Shown here piece after piece: positions 1 to 9,395 of a stretch of DNA of 61,443 bases (position 1 is its first letter; each line of letters begins with the position of its first letter). Under the pieces are notes generated by a model. The model searched no databases, was not told the origin of the DNA, and worked only from the letters and a program-made list of their open reading frames with translations. A program made the translations under genes and the position numbers. Origin of the DNA: a virus (lineage: Duplodnaviria; Caudoviricetes); IMG/VR virus record IMGVR_UViG_3300042905_004017, positions 1 to 61,443 of that record. The stretch is one strand, 5' to 3'.

Positions 1-1134
1 TGATGCTGTGTTTGTCAACTCAACATAACCGTAACGAGTCATAAAGCCAACGACTGGTTCGAATGTGCTTGGATCTAGAACAACGCCCGAGCTCATTAGA
101 GGAATATATGGGCAGTAGAACGCGGCTGCATCAGCCTCGCTTGAACCCTTATAACCAACTAGAACTGCTTGGGTATCGCTAGCATAGCTGTCAACATAGA
201 TACGCATTGCGCCGTTTAGTGTACCAACAAACTTGGTGTTGGTAGGAGCTTCAAAGGTACCTTCAGTTGTACGAGCAAATGCTGAAGTTGTTGCGCTTTG
301 TAGTACAGTTAGAGCTGCTGGACTTACAACTGCCCAGTTACCAGCACCACGACGTGTACGTGAAGCGATTAGGTTTGCTGTACGGTTGATTAGAACAGCT
401 AGTGCAGCGTGTTCGTCACCAACGAAAGTAGCAGTACCACTTACAGTTGCTTGGTCAAATGTAAACTCAGTTGCTGCCAAGCTACGTAGTGAACCTAGGA
501 TTTCTTGGTCAATTTCAACTGTGATTTCTTGTGCAAGAGCTGCCATGATTTCTGCTTCGATGTCCAGGCCGTGCATGGCTTGTGCATCTTGTGCAGCTTC
601 AAAAGTCCAGCGAGCTGACAACTTACGAGTCTTGGCTTCAACAACTTGCTTCAAGATTTGTACGTTGATTCTGTTACCAGGTACACCTTCTAGTGTACTA
701 GTAGTAGCTGCCTTACCAGTTGTAGCTGTGCCACCTGGAGTTAAACCAGAGTAAGCAACAGCAATCTTGAATGGGCTCAGTGCTTCATCACCAGCTGTGG
801 TACCAGTAGCGTATGGGCTAGCAGTATCAGTGGTGTTGTCTGCATAACGAACACGTAGAGTGTGGATCTGTGCAACAGGTCCAGTCATTGGCTGAACACC
901 AACGATTTCGTTTGCAATAACTGTTGGCATAACACGACGAATCACTGGTAGAATGACTCGGTTCAGTGTTGCAACGTTTGAAGCAGCAGTCGCGCCAGCG
1001 GTTGCAGCTTCCATCAAGTGCTTGCGAGTGTTTTCTAGAACTACACCCATTGTGGTTCTCTTGGAACCGTTTAAGCCTTCTAACAGAGCGTCTTTAGTTT
1101 CGCCCCAACGGCTTTCTAGTAATGCTTGTGTCAT
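1..1134 (-). CDS. gp23: Major capsid protein, T4 gp23-like (3' end runs off the window; absent from the ORF track)
   Basis: Hand translation from ATG at 1134 gives MTQALLESRWGETKDALLEGL...LNRVILPVIRRVMPTVIANEIVGVQPMTGPVAQIHTLRVRY, matching the gp23 GVQPMTGP hallmark. AGGAG/AAGGA RBS upstream; follows the scaffold and protease genes. Confidence 0.95.
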   Translation of the reverse strand, partial: MTQALLESRWGETKDALLEGLNGSKRTTMGVVLENTRKHLMEAATAGATAASNVATLNRVILPVIRRVMPTVIANEIVGVQPMTGPVAQIHTLRVRYADNTTDTASPYATGTTAGDEALSPFKIAVAYSGLTPGGTATTGKAATTSTLEGVPGNRINVQILKQVVEAKTRKLSARWTFEAAQDAQAMHGLDIEAEIMAALAQEITVEIDQEILGSLRSLAATEFTFDQATVSGTATFVGDEHAALAVLINRTANLIASRTRRGAGNWAVVSPAALTVLQSATTSAFARTTEGTFEAPTNTKFVGTLNGAMRIYVDSYASDTQAVLVGYKGSSEADAAAFYCPYIPLMSSGVVLDPSTFEPVVGFMTRYGYVELTNTAS

Positions 1135-1161
1135 TTTATTTCCTTTTCTCCTATTTAGGGT

Positions 1162-2268
1162 TTACTTTAGCCCTGCCAAACGCTTGATCTCAAAAACGTT
1201 GTGTACGTTTTCTTCGATTGCAGGTGTTGTAGCAGATTTATCACCAGTTACTTCTACACGACCTTCTGCCAGCATTGTTTTTGGCTTTGCTGTCTGTGCG
1301 GCTGTGTTGTTAAGTACTGCTGGCAGATACTTTTCGTATGCACTCTGCAACTTAGCAGTTTGCACACTCTCAAGAAGTTCGCTCATTACTGTAGCTTTCT
1401 CCTTGTTTAAAGGTTTCAGCAGATTGGCCATAATTTCTCGGCGTTCTGTTGATTCTTTAATAACTTTGATCTCTTTGTCTTTTGATTCAACAATCATTGC
1501 AGCTTGTTCTGCTTGAGCTTGTGCCTCTTGCAAAGCTTGCTCTTTGGTAGCAATGACAGCTTGTAGCTTGCGAATTTCTTTGTTCTCATTTAGGTGAGTC
1601 ACTGCAAATTCACTTGCAAAAGCTTCAAAGATTTGACGACCAAACATGTTCTCACGAGCAAGTTGGATATCTTCTTTGAGTTGAGTCATTTCTGACTCTA
1701 GTTTTCTAGTAACTGATTCTTTAACTAGTTCTGCAGATCTAGCAACAAAACTCTGTTGTAGTTCGGCAAGCTTGTCTTTGGCACCAGCGATTAAGCGAAC
1801 TTTTGTCTCAACCACTGCTTGCTTGTCTTGCTCAAACTCTTGAATTTCTTCTGCTAGTGCTTTGATCACAAATGATTCTAGCTTACTTACACTATTCTCA
1901 TATTGCTTGCGATCTTCACGTAGTTCGCGGATTTCTTCGGCCAGTTTACCAACCATAAAATCGTTGAATTTGGTGCTGCTTTCCATCATGTGAACTTTGA
2001 ACTTCGCACGATCTTCTGCTAGAGCCTGTTTCTCTGCTGCGAACTCTTCGAGTTCGTTTTGTAGAGATTCAGTTACCATTTTGTCTAGAGCTTCAACCAT
2101 AACTTGCTTGTCATGTTGGTATCTTTGAGCGAATTCTTCACGAAGTTCTGCTCTAACAGTTTCACGGGCTTCGAGAAGTTTTGCTTCCCATGCTTCCGTG
2201 ATAGCCTGTTGCGTATCTTCGTTTATGATGCCGCTGTCTACCAATGGTTTGATAGCATCTAATAACAT
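1162..2268 (-). CDS. Prohead core scaffolding protein, gp22-like
   Basis: 368 aa, Glu/Lys-rich predicted coiled coil; lies between protease and capsid as T4 gp22 does; AGGAG RBS. Confidence 0.8.
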   Translation of the reverse strand: MLLDAIKPLVDSGIINEDTQQAITEAWEAKLLEARETVRAELREEFAQRYQHDKQVMVEALDKMVTESLQNELEEFAAEKQALAEDRAKFKVHMMESSTKFNDFMVGKLAEEIRELREDRKQYENSVSKLESFVIKALAEEIQEFEQDKQAVVETKVRLIAGAKDKLAELQQSFVARSAELVKESVTRKLESEMTQLKEDIQLARENMFGRQIFEAFASEFAVTHLNENKEIRKLQAVIATKEQALQEAQAQAEQAAMIVESKDKEIKVIKESTERREIMANLLKPLNKEKATVMSELLESVQTAKLQSAYEKYLPAVLNNTAAQTAKPKTMLAEGRVEVTGDKSATTPAIEENVHNVFEIKRLAGLK

Positions 2269-2278
2269 CAGGTTTCTC

Positions 2279-2923
2279 CTATTTTAACTTAAGGTCTTTG
2301 ATAAGGCGTGTAATGCCTTCTTTCAGGTACCGCTGTACTCTTTGATCTTGTGTGGCATCACGAGCCACATCTAACACTCGGTGTCCATGACGCATATTCA
2401 TCAAGCCCTCATAGATTGCTTTGGGATATGCGTTAGGGGCACTAGGTTGTGCTACAATGTCAACGGTAATAATGTCAAAACCACTTACACGACCGTTGTC
2501 AGCTACTTCTCCACTTCCACGGCTGCTTACACCCAACTTGACACCCGATGTGATCATTGCTTTCACAAGTTCGCCCATGGGTGTTGGTAGGATTTTTAGT
2601 TTGCCGTGACCGCAAGGACCGTCCATCCACATACCTGTAATCATATGTGACACACGATCCAAATTAATCTTTAGGTCATCAGGGTGATCAACTTCTCCAA
2701 GGACGCTTTTGCCTTGTTGAATGGTTTCATTGATTTGTTCTACGGCCTTTTTGATTTCTGTCATAGGGTAGACACGCTTGTTTTCATTCATGACATCGCC
2801 CTGAATGAATATGCCTTCCATGTAAAGATTCTTCTTGCCATCTGACCCAGACGCAGAATCCTCTTCGAGGACTTTGATCTGCGCCCGGTCAAATGTAAGA
2901 TGCTCTCTTAGGTACAAAGCCAT
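2279..2923 (-). CDS. gp21: Prohead core protease, T4 gp21-like
   Basis: Motifs GIFIQGD..N.N.RVYP, LGEVDHP, LGVSSRGSG and DIVAQPSAPNA are typical of gp21. Confidence 0.93.
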   Translation of the reverse strand: MALYLREHLTFDRAQIKVLEEDSASGSDGKKNLYMEGIFIQGDVMNENKRVYPMTEIKKAVEQINETIQQGKSVLGEVDHPDDLKINLDRVSHMITGMWMDGPCGHGKLKILPTPMGELVKAMITSGVKLGVSSRGSGEVADNGRVSGFDIITVDIVAQPSAPNAYPKAIYEGLMNMRHGHRVLDVARDATQDQRVQRYLKEGITRLIKDLKLK

Positions 2924-2936
2924 ATTATTGCCCTAA

Positions 2937-3878
2937 TTAATTGCCACCGCGTTCAATACTTGTCTTGTTCACAGGTACTGATCCGTCGGTAGTTTGCCCT
3001 TCACCTGCTTTTGCTTTTGCCTTGTGACTAAATGTCTTTCCGGCATTGGCGCCTGGTTTGTTTTCCCAGTTACTTGCATCTTTTACATCTTTTACAGTGC
3101 CTTTCTTAGGAGCACTTGTGCCGTCTGGTGCGCTTTCGCTGCCACCTTGAGCCAAGTTCTTGGCTGTGCCACCCATGTCGTTCTTGCCGGCTACTGTGCT
3201 TTGTGTGTTAACACTTGCGTGATCGCCACCTGCACTGGTACCTGCTGGCTGACCTTCGGTGTTGCTGGGTGAGCTGATTTTTTCTACATATTCACGCATT
3301 AGATCTACTGCGGTCTTTTGTAGTGGACGACGCTGTCTTGATTCGTAAACGGATTCTTCTTTTTCGTCTTTTTCGTCTTCTTCGTCGTCTTCTTCTTTTT
3401 CAGCTTCCATCATTGCGAAATTGTCTTCATCTTCTTCGTCTTCTTCACTGTCCATGTCATCCATGTCCATGGCATCCATGTCCATATCGTCCATGTCGCC
3501 TTCTTCGTCGCCCATTAGTTGTTCAAATTCAGCCTTCAGAGCTTCTAGCTCGCTCTCTAGATCCATAACTTTTTGCTCTAGATCGCCTTCATCGTCGCCC
3601 ATGTCGTCCATTGAATCGTCGTCGCCCATGTCGCCCATGTCGCCCATGTCCATGTCGTCATCATCGCCTTCGCCGATGCCGTCAGTTTCGTCCATGGTGA
3701 TTTCATCTATGTATTTTTCAACTTTACTACCACCCATGCCTTCTTCGGCATACTCTTCGTCCATCAGGCTTTCGTAAATGTCACGTGATTTTTCAACCAC
3801 GATTTGGTGAAACAACGCACGAGCTTTGTCTTCCTCGTCGTTGATAATGTGTTCAATTAGCTGTTCATATTTGTTCAT
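2937..3878 (-). CDS. Highly acidic head-assembly / internal core protein with Asp-Met repeats
   Basis: 313 aa with a D/E/M low-complexity centre; sits between portal and protease, where T4 has prohead core genes 67/68; TAAATA upstream. Confidence 0.6.
   Translation of the reverse strand: MNKYEQLIEHIINDEEDKARALFHQIVVEKSRDIYESLMDEEYAEEGMGGSKVEKYIDEITMDETDGIGEGDDDDMDMGDMGDMGDDDSMDDMGDDEGDLEQKVMDLESELEALKAEFEQLMGDEEGDMDDMDMDAMDMDDMDSEEDEEDEDNFAMMEAEKEEDDEEDEKDEKEESVYESRQRRPLQKTAVDLMREYVEKISSPSNTEGQPAGTSAGGDHASVNTQSTVAGKNDMGGTAKNLAQGGSESAPDGTSAPKKGTVKDVKDASNWENKPGANAGKTFSHKAKAKAGEGQTTDGSVPVNKTSIERGGN
3594..3665. repeat. Short tandem repeats (GTCGCCCAT x3 and variants) encoding DMG/DDM
   Basis: Directly visible: gtcgcccatgtcgcccatgtcgcccatgtccatgtcg. 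Confidence 0.8.
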
Positions 3879-3971
3879 TAGGAACTCCTTATAATAATAT
3901 GGCTGTATTTTATTTACTAAAATACCTAGATAATGGGGTTAAATGGTGTTTTTTTGAAGGATTTAGGCGGA

Positions 3972-4196
3972 CTACACCGGTCCAGGCATGGCTGCGGGCG
4001 GTTTGTACTGTTTGGCCACTTTTTCCAACTTGTTTTCGTGCTCGACTTTACGCACATCGTTGGCCATTCTCAAGCGACTAAGGTCGGCTAAAGTAAGTCT
4101 AGTTTTGCGTAGATCACTCAGTTTAAGAGGCGTATTGTCCTGACTAGGACTCTCGTATCCTGGCTTGGCTGGTGCAAATAATTCGGTTACAATCAT
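3972..4196 (-). CDS. Small hypothetical head-module protein
   Basis: 74-aa ORF in the operon with its own TAAATA at 4202-4207 (minus strand). Confidence 0.7.
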   Translation of the reverse strand: MIVTELFAPAKPGYESPSQDNTPLKLSDLRKTRLTLADLSRLRMANDVRKVEHENKLEKVAKQYKPPAAMPGPV

Positions 4197-4217
4197 ACTC
4201 GTATTTAACCAAACCTG

Positions 4218-5930
4218 TTAAATTGTGGCGCCAGCCGGTGCTGCCTGAGCAGGTGCGCCCACTGGACCTGCGCCTTGTGGAGCAGCAGCTCCTGGTGCTC
4301 CTGCTTCGCCCTCAGGCGGTGCTTCTGTGGGCGGTGCAACATTTTCTAGATCGCCAGCAATACCACCTGGGCTGATTCCTACACTACGTAAGTTAGGATC
4401 TTCTGCCGGAGCTATATCAACATCGCCCTGTTCTTCGGCCCACATGGTTTCGTTTTCGCTCATTTCCTGTTCGCTCATGCCCAGATAACGCTTCATCAAG
4501 AATCGTTTGCTAAAGTAAGGATAAGCTTCCAGTGAGGTAAATGTTCCAATTCTGGCTGCATCTACGTCAGCTTGGCGATACTGTGCGAAGTTTTGTGGCG
4601 GCTCAAATATCAATTCAAACAGTTGACTGTCAATGTTGACCCCGCGCCAACGCATGAACAGTTTGAACTCTTGATCTAGTGTTTCAATAACAGCGTTTTG
4701 CAAACGCTGACAGTACTGATTAAAACGCCATTCTTGTATTAGTGCTGTACCTACTCTGCCATCGTTGTAGCTCTGTGTGCTGTCTTCTACTGCCACTGGC
4801 AAGTAACTGCTGGGAATACGCAGACCACGGAACAATTTGTTAGTAAAGTAGCGCAAGTCTGTGATTTCACCTAGGTTGGCTGCACCTTGCAGTGTATCAA
4901 CACTTGATCCTCGTTGGTCAGAAGTAATTGGGAAGAAATAGTCTTCCATTTGCGCCAAGGGATTGTATGTGGCATCCATCATGTTGGCACCACCGCCTGT
5001 TTGTGTAGGAATTCTACGTTGGCTTATTTCGTTTTTGATACGTTCTACATAGGCCATGGCCATGTGACTGGGCATGTTGCCCACATCAATTTTGAACACC
5101 CTGCGTTCAGGAGCTCGCTGCACACGATAGATAATGATAGCGTCTTCCAGCAGTTCTTTCTGCTTAAAAACTTTAAAAACGTTTTCCAACACACTGGTAC
5201 CAAACGGCCAGTATACATCTAGACCTTCGGTTAAACTGAGATGTACAATGTGTTCTGCGTTGATAGCTGCTTCGTTTTGCGCTCGAGTAAATCTACCGCC
5301 GCCACCTAACGGTACGTTGGGCTGCACATAGCTACCGCTGGGACCGCCCACCTGTGGATGATTCATGTATTGGTCACTAGTGGTGACCGCTGTGACTGTC
5401 AGGTTCTCAAAGTTGGGATTAATATCTTTAAGAATATATTGCTCAGGCTTTTTGCCTTCGCTTTCGTTTACAATAACCTTGACCACTTTGCTCATTTCCA
5501 CCCAGAACAGTTTAAAGTTTTCTGGATCACGCACAAACACTTGGTCGCCGTATTTGATAGTATTTCTTACTATCTTGAATATTCTACTGTTAAATTCGTT
5601 TAATTTATTCCATTGAGCCAGTTGTTCTTTGATTATTTTGACTTCGTTGTCGGTGGGTGTGTCTTTGAATTTGATATCAAAGGGTGTGTTATTGGCTTCA
5701 TTTTTCTGTGTCATAAACTCAGAAAGAATGTCTAGAGCAGCATTGATTTCCGAATCCATATCCATTTGTTCGTATTGATTATAACGTTCAATACGGTTGG
5801 GATGCCCAATATACACATCAGGTAGATTGCTTTGATAGTTTCTATATCCCGGATCCGGCATACGACCGCTGCCAATGGGACTGATGTTGCTGGGTAGATT
5901 GCTGCTCTTAAAATACTTGCGCCAAGTCAT
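4218..5930 (-). CDS. gp20: Portal vertex protein, T4 gp20-like
   Basis: Motifs LLEDAIIIYRVQRAPERRVFKIDVGNMP, EDYFFP and LRIPSSYL; Pro/Ala/Gly-rich C-terminal tail. Confidence 0.95.
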   Translation of the reverse strand: MTWRKYFKSSNLPSNISPIGSGRMPDPGYRNYQSNLPDVYIGHPNRIERYNQYEQMDMDSEINAALDILSEFMTQKNEANNTPFDIKFKDTPTDNEVKIIKEQLAQWNKLNEFNSRIFKIVRNTIKYGDQVFVRDPENFKLFWVEMSKVVKVIVNESEGKKPEQYILKDINPNFENLTVTAVTTSDQYMNHPQVGGPSGSYVQPNVPLGGGGRFTRAQNEAAINAEHIVHLSLTEGLDVYWPFGTSVLENVFKVFKQKELLEDAIIIYRVQRAPERRVFKIDVGNMPSHMAMAYVERIKNEISQRRIPTQTGGGANMMDATYNPLAQMEDYFFPITSDQRGSSVDTLQGAANLGEITDLRYFTNKLFRGLRIPSSYLPVAVEDSTQSYNDGRVGTALIQEWRFNQYCQRLQNAVIETLDQEFKLFMRWRGVNIDSQLFELIFEPPQNFAQYRQADVDAARIGTFTSLEAYPYFSKRFLMKRYLGMSEQEMSENETMWAEEQGDVDIAPAEDPNLRSVGISPGGIAGDLENVAPPTEAPPEGEAGAPGAAAPQGAGPVGAPAQAAPAGATI

Positions 5931-5962
5931 ATGTTATCTCAATGAGTGTTGTATTTACCGCT

Positions 5963-8281
5963 TTAAGCAAGTGCATTGGTCATTTTTCTTGTGTTTTCTG
6001 CAGTGTCTTCCGTGGCACGTAACATGTCTTCCCATATAGTTTTGTCACGCATGGTGCTAATTAATTCGTCTAGTTTGCCAATTTGTGCTTGATTGCTGTT
6101 GGTTATTTGGGTGGCCAAAGTTGACAAGGTAGACGTCACAGTTTCCGACATCTTGGCAGATTCTGCAGATGTTGCTGATGCGGCAGAATCTGTGGATGTT
6201 GTAGAGGCCAAATCTTTTAATACACCAGTTTGCGCATTTTTTACCAGATCTGTAAATTGGTTGGGTGTCATTACTGCTTGGGGTCCATGCAGTTCTGCCA
6301 GTGTTCTTAGTCCAAAATCATGAAAATACTGGCCATGGACTCCCAGTGTACCTTTGTTGTATCCTTGTGGTTTACCACCTTTACCACCACCACCACCAAC
6401 AGATTGAGAAAATCTATCAACCGCACCAGAAAATTTATTGACCACGCCTAGAAAAACTTCACCTGCTTTGGCACTAAGTTCGGCCACTTTGCCTCCGGTT
6501 TGCAATTTGGGTCCTTCTGCAACCAGTCCCAGATACATTTTCATGTATTTCTCTTGCAGTTTGAATTGTTCATCCATGACTCCGGCCAAGCCTTTGGGAC
6601 CAAGTTTATCAACAAACATTGCCATTGCGCCTGTCAAATTATTGATTTGTTCAGGTAGTTTATTTCGCGTGACCTGTTCGGCCTGCACAATTGACTCTCT
6701 CAATGGATCAATCACGTTGTTGAGTTTGTCCACATTTGTACGCAATTGTTTCATTTGCTCCACAGTATTTCCAATGCCCTCAACTTCGGCTTGTCTAGCT
6801 GCTAATCCTCGAGCAGCCAGATCTTGTTGTCCTTCCGCTAATCTGGTTTGTGCGTCCATGCCTTTGTCCAAAGCAGATATTGTACCAAATCTTTCTGCCA
6901 TGCTATCACCTTCGGCTTTTAACGCTTCGGCGTTGTCTTTGACCAGTTCTTCGTAGCGTCGTGATGCTTCTTCGGCACTAATTGTGCCTGCGTTTAAGTC
7001 AGCATACACTTGATCCATGATTTTTTTACGTGTGGGACTGTTTGCCAACATGATATTGAGATTTTTATCTACTACTTGTCCGCCAGTTACCAACATCTGT
7101 TGCAAAGCCTTGGTCATGTCTGGACCCATTTTAGCAGACAGCGCCATGAATTTTTGTGTAGCTTCTCCGCCCATTCTTTCTAGTTTTACTCTTACGGCAC
7201 CTTGTTGGGCTGCTTCCTTGGCTCTGGCTTGAGCTGATTTAAGATCTTCGCCAGTAAATGCTGTCACAGCCTTCATGGTCATCAAATGTTTTGCACCTGC
7301 TTCGGCGATTTCTTTGTCTGTCATTCCGCGCAATTTGCCAGTTTTGTTCATAATGTCCATGAATTGAGCCATGCCTTCGGTTTGCTCTTCATAGCTAATT
7401 CCGGATCTCAACAACTGTTGGCGTAAGTCTTTGCCTTCTTTGTTCAGCTGATCAAATGCCAATCCGACATTTCTTAGTTTTTTAACTCCGCCTGTTGCAG
7501 AGCCTCCAAAGTCAACCAATTCTTTCCTGCTTCTTGTGACAACCTGTGAGAATTCATTTAGATTCAAGCGCAGTTCACCAGCAGTTTCCCGCATCTGAGC
7601 CATGCCACCACCAAGCAACACTCCGTTTTTGGTCATGACATCAAACGACATGGTTGTGATACTGACTTCTTTGTTTAAAGCTTGCAAACCTTTTTGCTGC
7701 TCAACACTCAAATTTTTGGCAAAACCAGCCAGTGCTCCTACACCTGCTGCAACTCCGGCAGTGAGTCTGGCTATTGGATTGGGTATCAAAGCCAGAGTGG
7801 TTGCTGCCATTTCGGCACCTGCAGTCAGTTTGTCCAACATGGAAATTTGACTTTCCAATGCTGCATTCTGCATGTTAAATGCTGTTTGAATTCCCGAGGC
7901 GCCTTCTTGGTAACTGCCAATGGCAGTGTACATTTGTTTGGTTACAAAAGATATAGCTTCTGTCAGACCACCTTTGAGTAGCGCGGCCGACATTGTTCCT
8001 GCAGAATTTTTAAAAATTTCAGCTGCTGCCTGTGCCTGTTGTGCCAGTAGGTCTTGTCCTGCTTTAGATTTTTGAACGCTTTCTGTTAGGGCTCCAAATT
8101 GTGCAATTGAACTTTGTAATGCCGCTGTTTGACTTTGCACTGTGCCTGTGCCACGTTGCATCTGGTCGCGCAGTCGGGCCATGGCCGCGCTGGCACCGGT
8201 CAATGATGCTCTGGCATTGCCGGCTGCACCGGTCAATTGTCCAAATGTCTGTAGTAACTGTTGAATTTGTGGATCAGCCAT
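5963..8281 (-). CDS. Tape-measure-like tail protein
   Basis: 772 aa, Ala/Gly/Gln/Met-rich and helical with a hydrophobic stretch; perfect TATAAATA upstream; adjacent to a chaperone-like gene pair. Confidence 0.6.
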   Translation of the reverse strand: MADPQIQQLLQTFGQLTGAAGNARASLTGASAAMARLRDQMQRGTGTVQSQTAALQSSIAQFGALTESVQKSKAGQDLLAQQAQAAAEIFKNSAGTMSAALLKGGLTEAISFVTKQMYTAIGSYQEGASGIQTAFNMQNAALESQISMLDKLTAGAEMAATTLALIPNPIARLTAGVAAGVGALAGFAKNLSVEQQKGLQALNKEVSITTMSFDVMTKNGVLLGGGMAQMRETAGELRLNLNEFSQVVTRSRKELVDFGGSATGGVKKLRNVGLAFDQLNKEGKDLRQQLLRSGISYEEQTEGMAQFMDIMNKTGKLRGMTDKEIAEAGAKHLMTMKAVTAFTGEDLKSAQARAKEAAQQGAVRVKLERMGGEATQKFMALSAKMGPDMTKALQQMLVTGGQVVDKNLNIMLANSPTRKKIMDQVYADLNAGTISAEEASRRYEELVKDNAEALKAEGDSMAERFGTISALDKGMDAQTRLAEGQQDLAARGLAARQAEVEGIGNTVEQMKQLRTNVDKLNNVIDPLRESIVQAEQVTRNKLPEQINNLTGAMAMFVDKLGPKGLAGVMDEQFKLQEKYMKMYLGLVAEGPKLQTGGKVAELSAKAGEVFLGVVNKFSGAVDRFSQSVGGGGGKGGKPQGYNKGTLGVHGQYFHDFGLRTLAELHGPQAVMTPNQFTDLVKNAQTGVLKDLASTTSTDSAASATSAESAKMSETVTSTLSTLATQITNSNQAQIGKLDELISTMRDKTIWEDMLRATEDTAENTRKMTNALA

Positions 8282-8289
8282 GTTTTCTG

Positions 8290-8322
8290 CCTATAAATAT
8301 AGTATTATCAATTATTTATAGG
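8290..8322. promoter_or_regulatory. Pair of oppositely oriented T4-type late promoters (TATAAATA on + at 8292-8299 and on - at 8313-8320)
   Basis: CCTATAAATA-13 nt-TATTTATAGG inverted repeat between divergent genes; exact T4 gp55 consensus. Confidence 0.85.
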
Positions 8323-8331
8323 AATCAAAAA

Positions 8332-9180
8332 ATGGATCAAAAACCTCTCAATCCATTGCGAGCTCATTTTAGACAACCGGCAATTTATCTCAAATTACCC
8401 AGCAACGGAGACTTTTGGCTGGCAGGGTTGGACATGCCCAAGACTCACGAGTTGCCAATATATCCAATGACTGCCAAAGACGAGATCATGTTAAAAACAC
8501 CCGATGCCCTGTTAAATGGGCAAGGTGTTGTAGATGTGATCGAAAGCTGCTGCCCGCACATCACAGATGCCTGGCAGATTCCCAGCACAGACGTGGATGC
8601 CATATTGATTGCAATTAGAATAGCATCTTATGGCGACACCATGGGCATTGATACCAAGTGCCCGCACTGCGAAACAGAAAACAGATTTGATGTTGCACTC
8701 ACCGGATATCTAGATGGTATTCAGTGTCCAGATTATAATCGCAAACTAGAACACGAAAAAATTAGAATAAAAATCAAGCCACAAACCTACGCAAGTTTAA
8801 ATGAAACCAGCAAGATCAGTTATGAACAACAACGCATGTTAGAAAACATTGTGGTTGACGGCAGCGAAGATCAAGTCAAAGTTACTGCGTATAAACACCA
8901 TATTGGCCGATTGGTTGATCTCAACGCCAAGCTGCTGGTAGACAGCACAGAATTTATTGAACTGGTTGACAGTGGCTCCATAGTCTCCGAACCAGAATAC
9001 ATCAAAGAGTTTTACTTGAACTGTGATTCAGAAATTTGTAAAAAACTACAAGAACGCATACTTGAACTTAGTCAGCAAGGTGCAATCAAACCTCAAACCG
9101 GCACTTGCGAAAATTGTTCTAAAAACTACGACGTTTCATTGACATTTGACTATGCAAGTTTTTTCGCCAACAGCTCTTGA
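8332..9180 (+). CDS. Baseplate hub / tail assembly chaperone, T4 gp26-like
   Basis: True start is probably ATG 8332 (AGGA RBS, after the late promoter), not 8101. Motifs LKLPS.G, PMTAKDE, D.DAILIAIR.ASYG, two CxxC pairs and a terminal SFF. Confidence 0.75.
   Translation: MDQKPLNPLRAHFRQPAIYLKLPSNGDFWLAGLDMPKTHELPIYPMTAKDEIMLKTPDALLNGQGVVDVIESCCPHITDAWQIPSTDVDAILIAIRIASYGDTMGIDTKCPHCETENRFDVALTGYLDGIQCPDYNRKLEHEKIRIKIKPQTYASLNETSKISYEQQRMLENIVVDGSEDQVKVTAYKHHIGRLVDLNAKLLVDSTEFIELVDSGSIVSEPEYIKEFYLNCDSEICKKLQERILELSQQGAIKPQTGTCENCSKNYDVSLTFDYASFFANSS
9159..9165 (+). other. Predicted -1 ribosomal frameshift slippery site T TTT TTC
   Basis: In-frame X XXY YYZ heptamer shortly before the stop; the -1 frame stays open into ORF 9177..9395. 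Confidence 0.6.
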
Positions 9181-9395
9181 CACTTGACGCCGAAGGTATT
9201 TTAGGTTTAGTTAAGAGCTACGAAAAACAAGTCAAAGACATCAAAGAAGACCTACTAAGAATGTGCTGGTACATGCGCGGCGGATTGAATTACAACGATG
9301 CCATGATGTTGGGCAGCGAAGATCGACGTATCATAAACGAAATTATCAAAGACAATTTAGAAACTGCCAAGAAATCAGGAATGCCATTCTGGTAA
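9177..9395 (+). CDS. Small baseplate/tail assembly protein (gp51-like), probably the frameshifted C-terminal extension of the upstream gene
   Basis: 72 aa (CWYMRGG..Y..AM.L...DR.II); TTG start with no clear RBS; in the -1 frame of the upstream gene. Confidence 0.65.
   Translation: MTLDAEGILGLVKSYEKQVKDIKEDLLRMCWYMRGGLNYNDAMMLGSEDRRIINEIIKDNLETAKKSGMPFW

Noticed and set aside
233-1516. Plus-strand ORFs 233..754 and 953..1516, and the many similar short antisense ORFs throughout the window
   Set aside because: They are shadows of well-supported genes on the opposite strand and have no motifs.
3905-3925. Inverted repeat GTATTTTA/TAAAATAC overlapping a late promoter
   Set aside because: Very AT-rich 8-bp stem that could arise by chance; not reported separately.
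8101-8331. N-terminal extension of the gp26-like ORF given in the ORF track
   Set aside because: It overlaps the opposite-strand tape-measure gene and lies upstream of the late promoter; ATG 8332 has an RBS.
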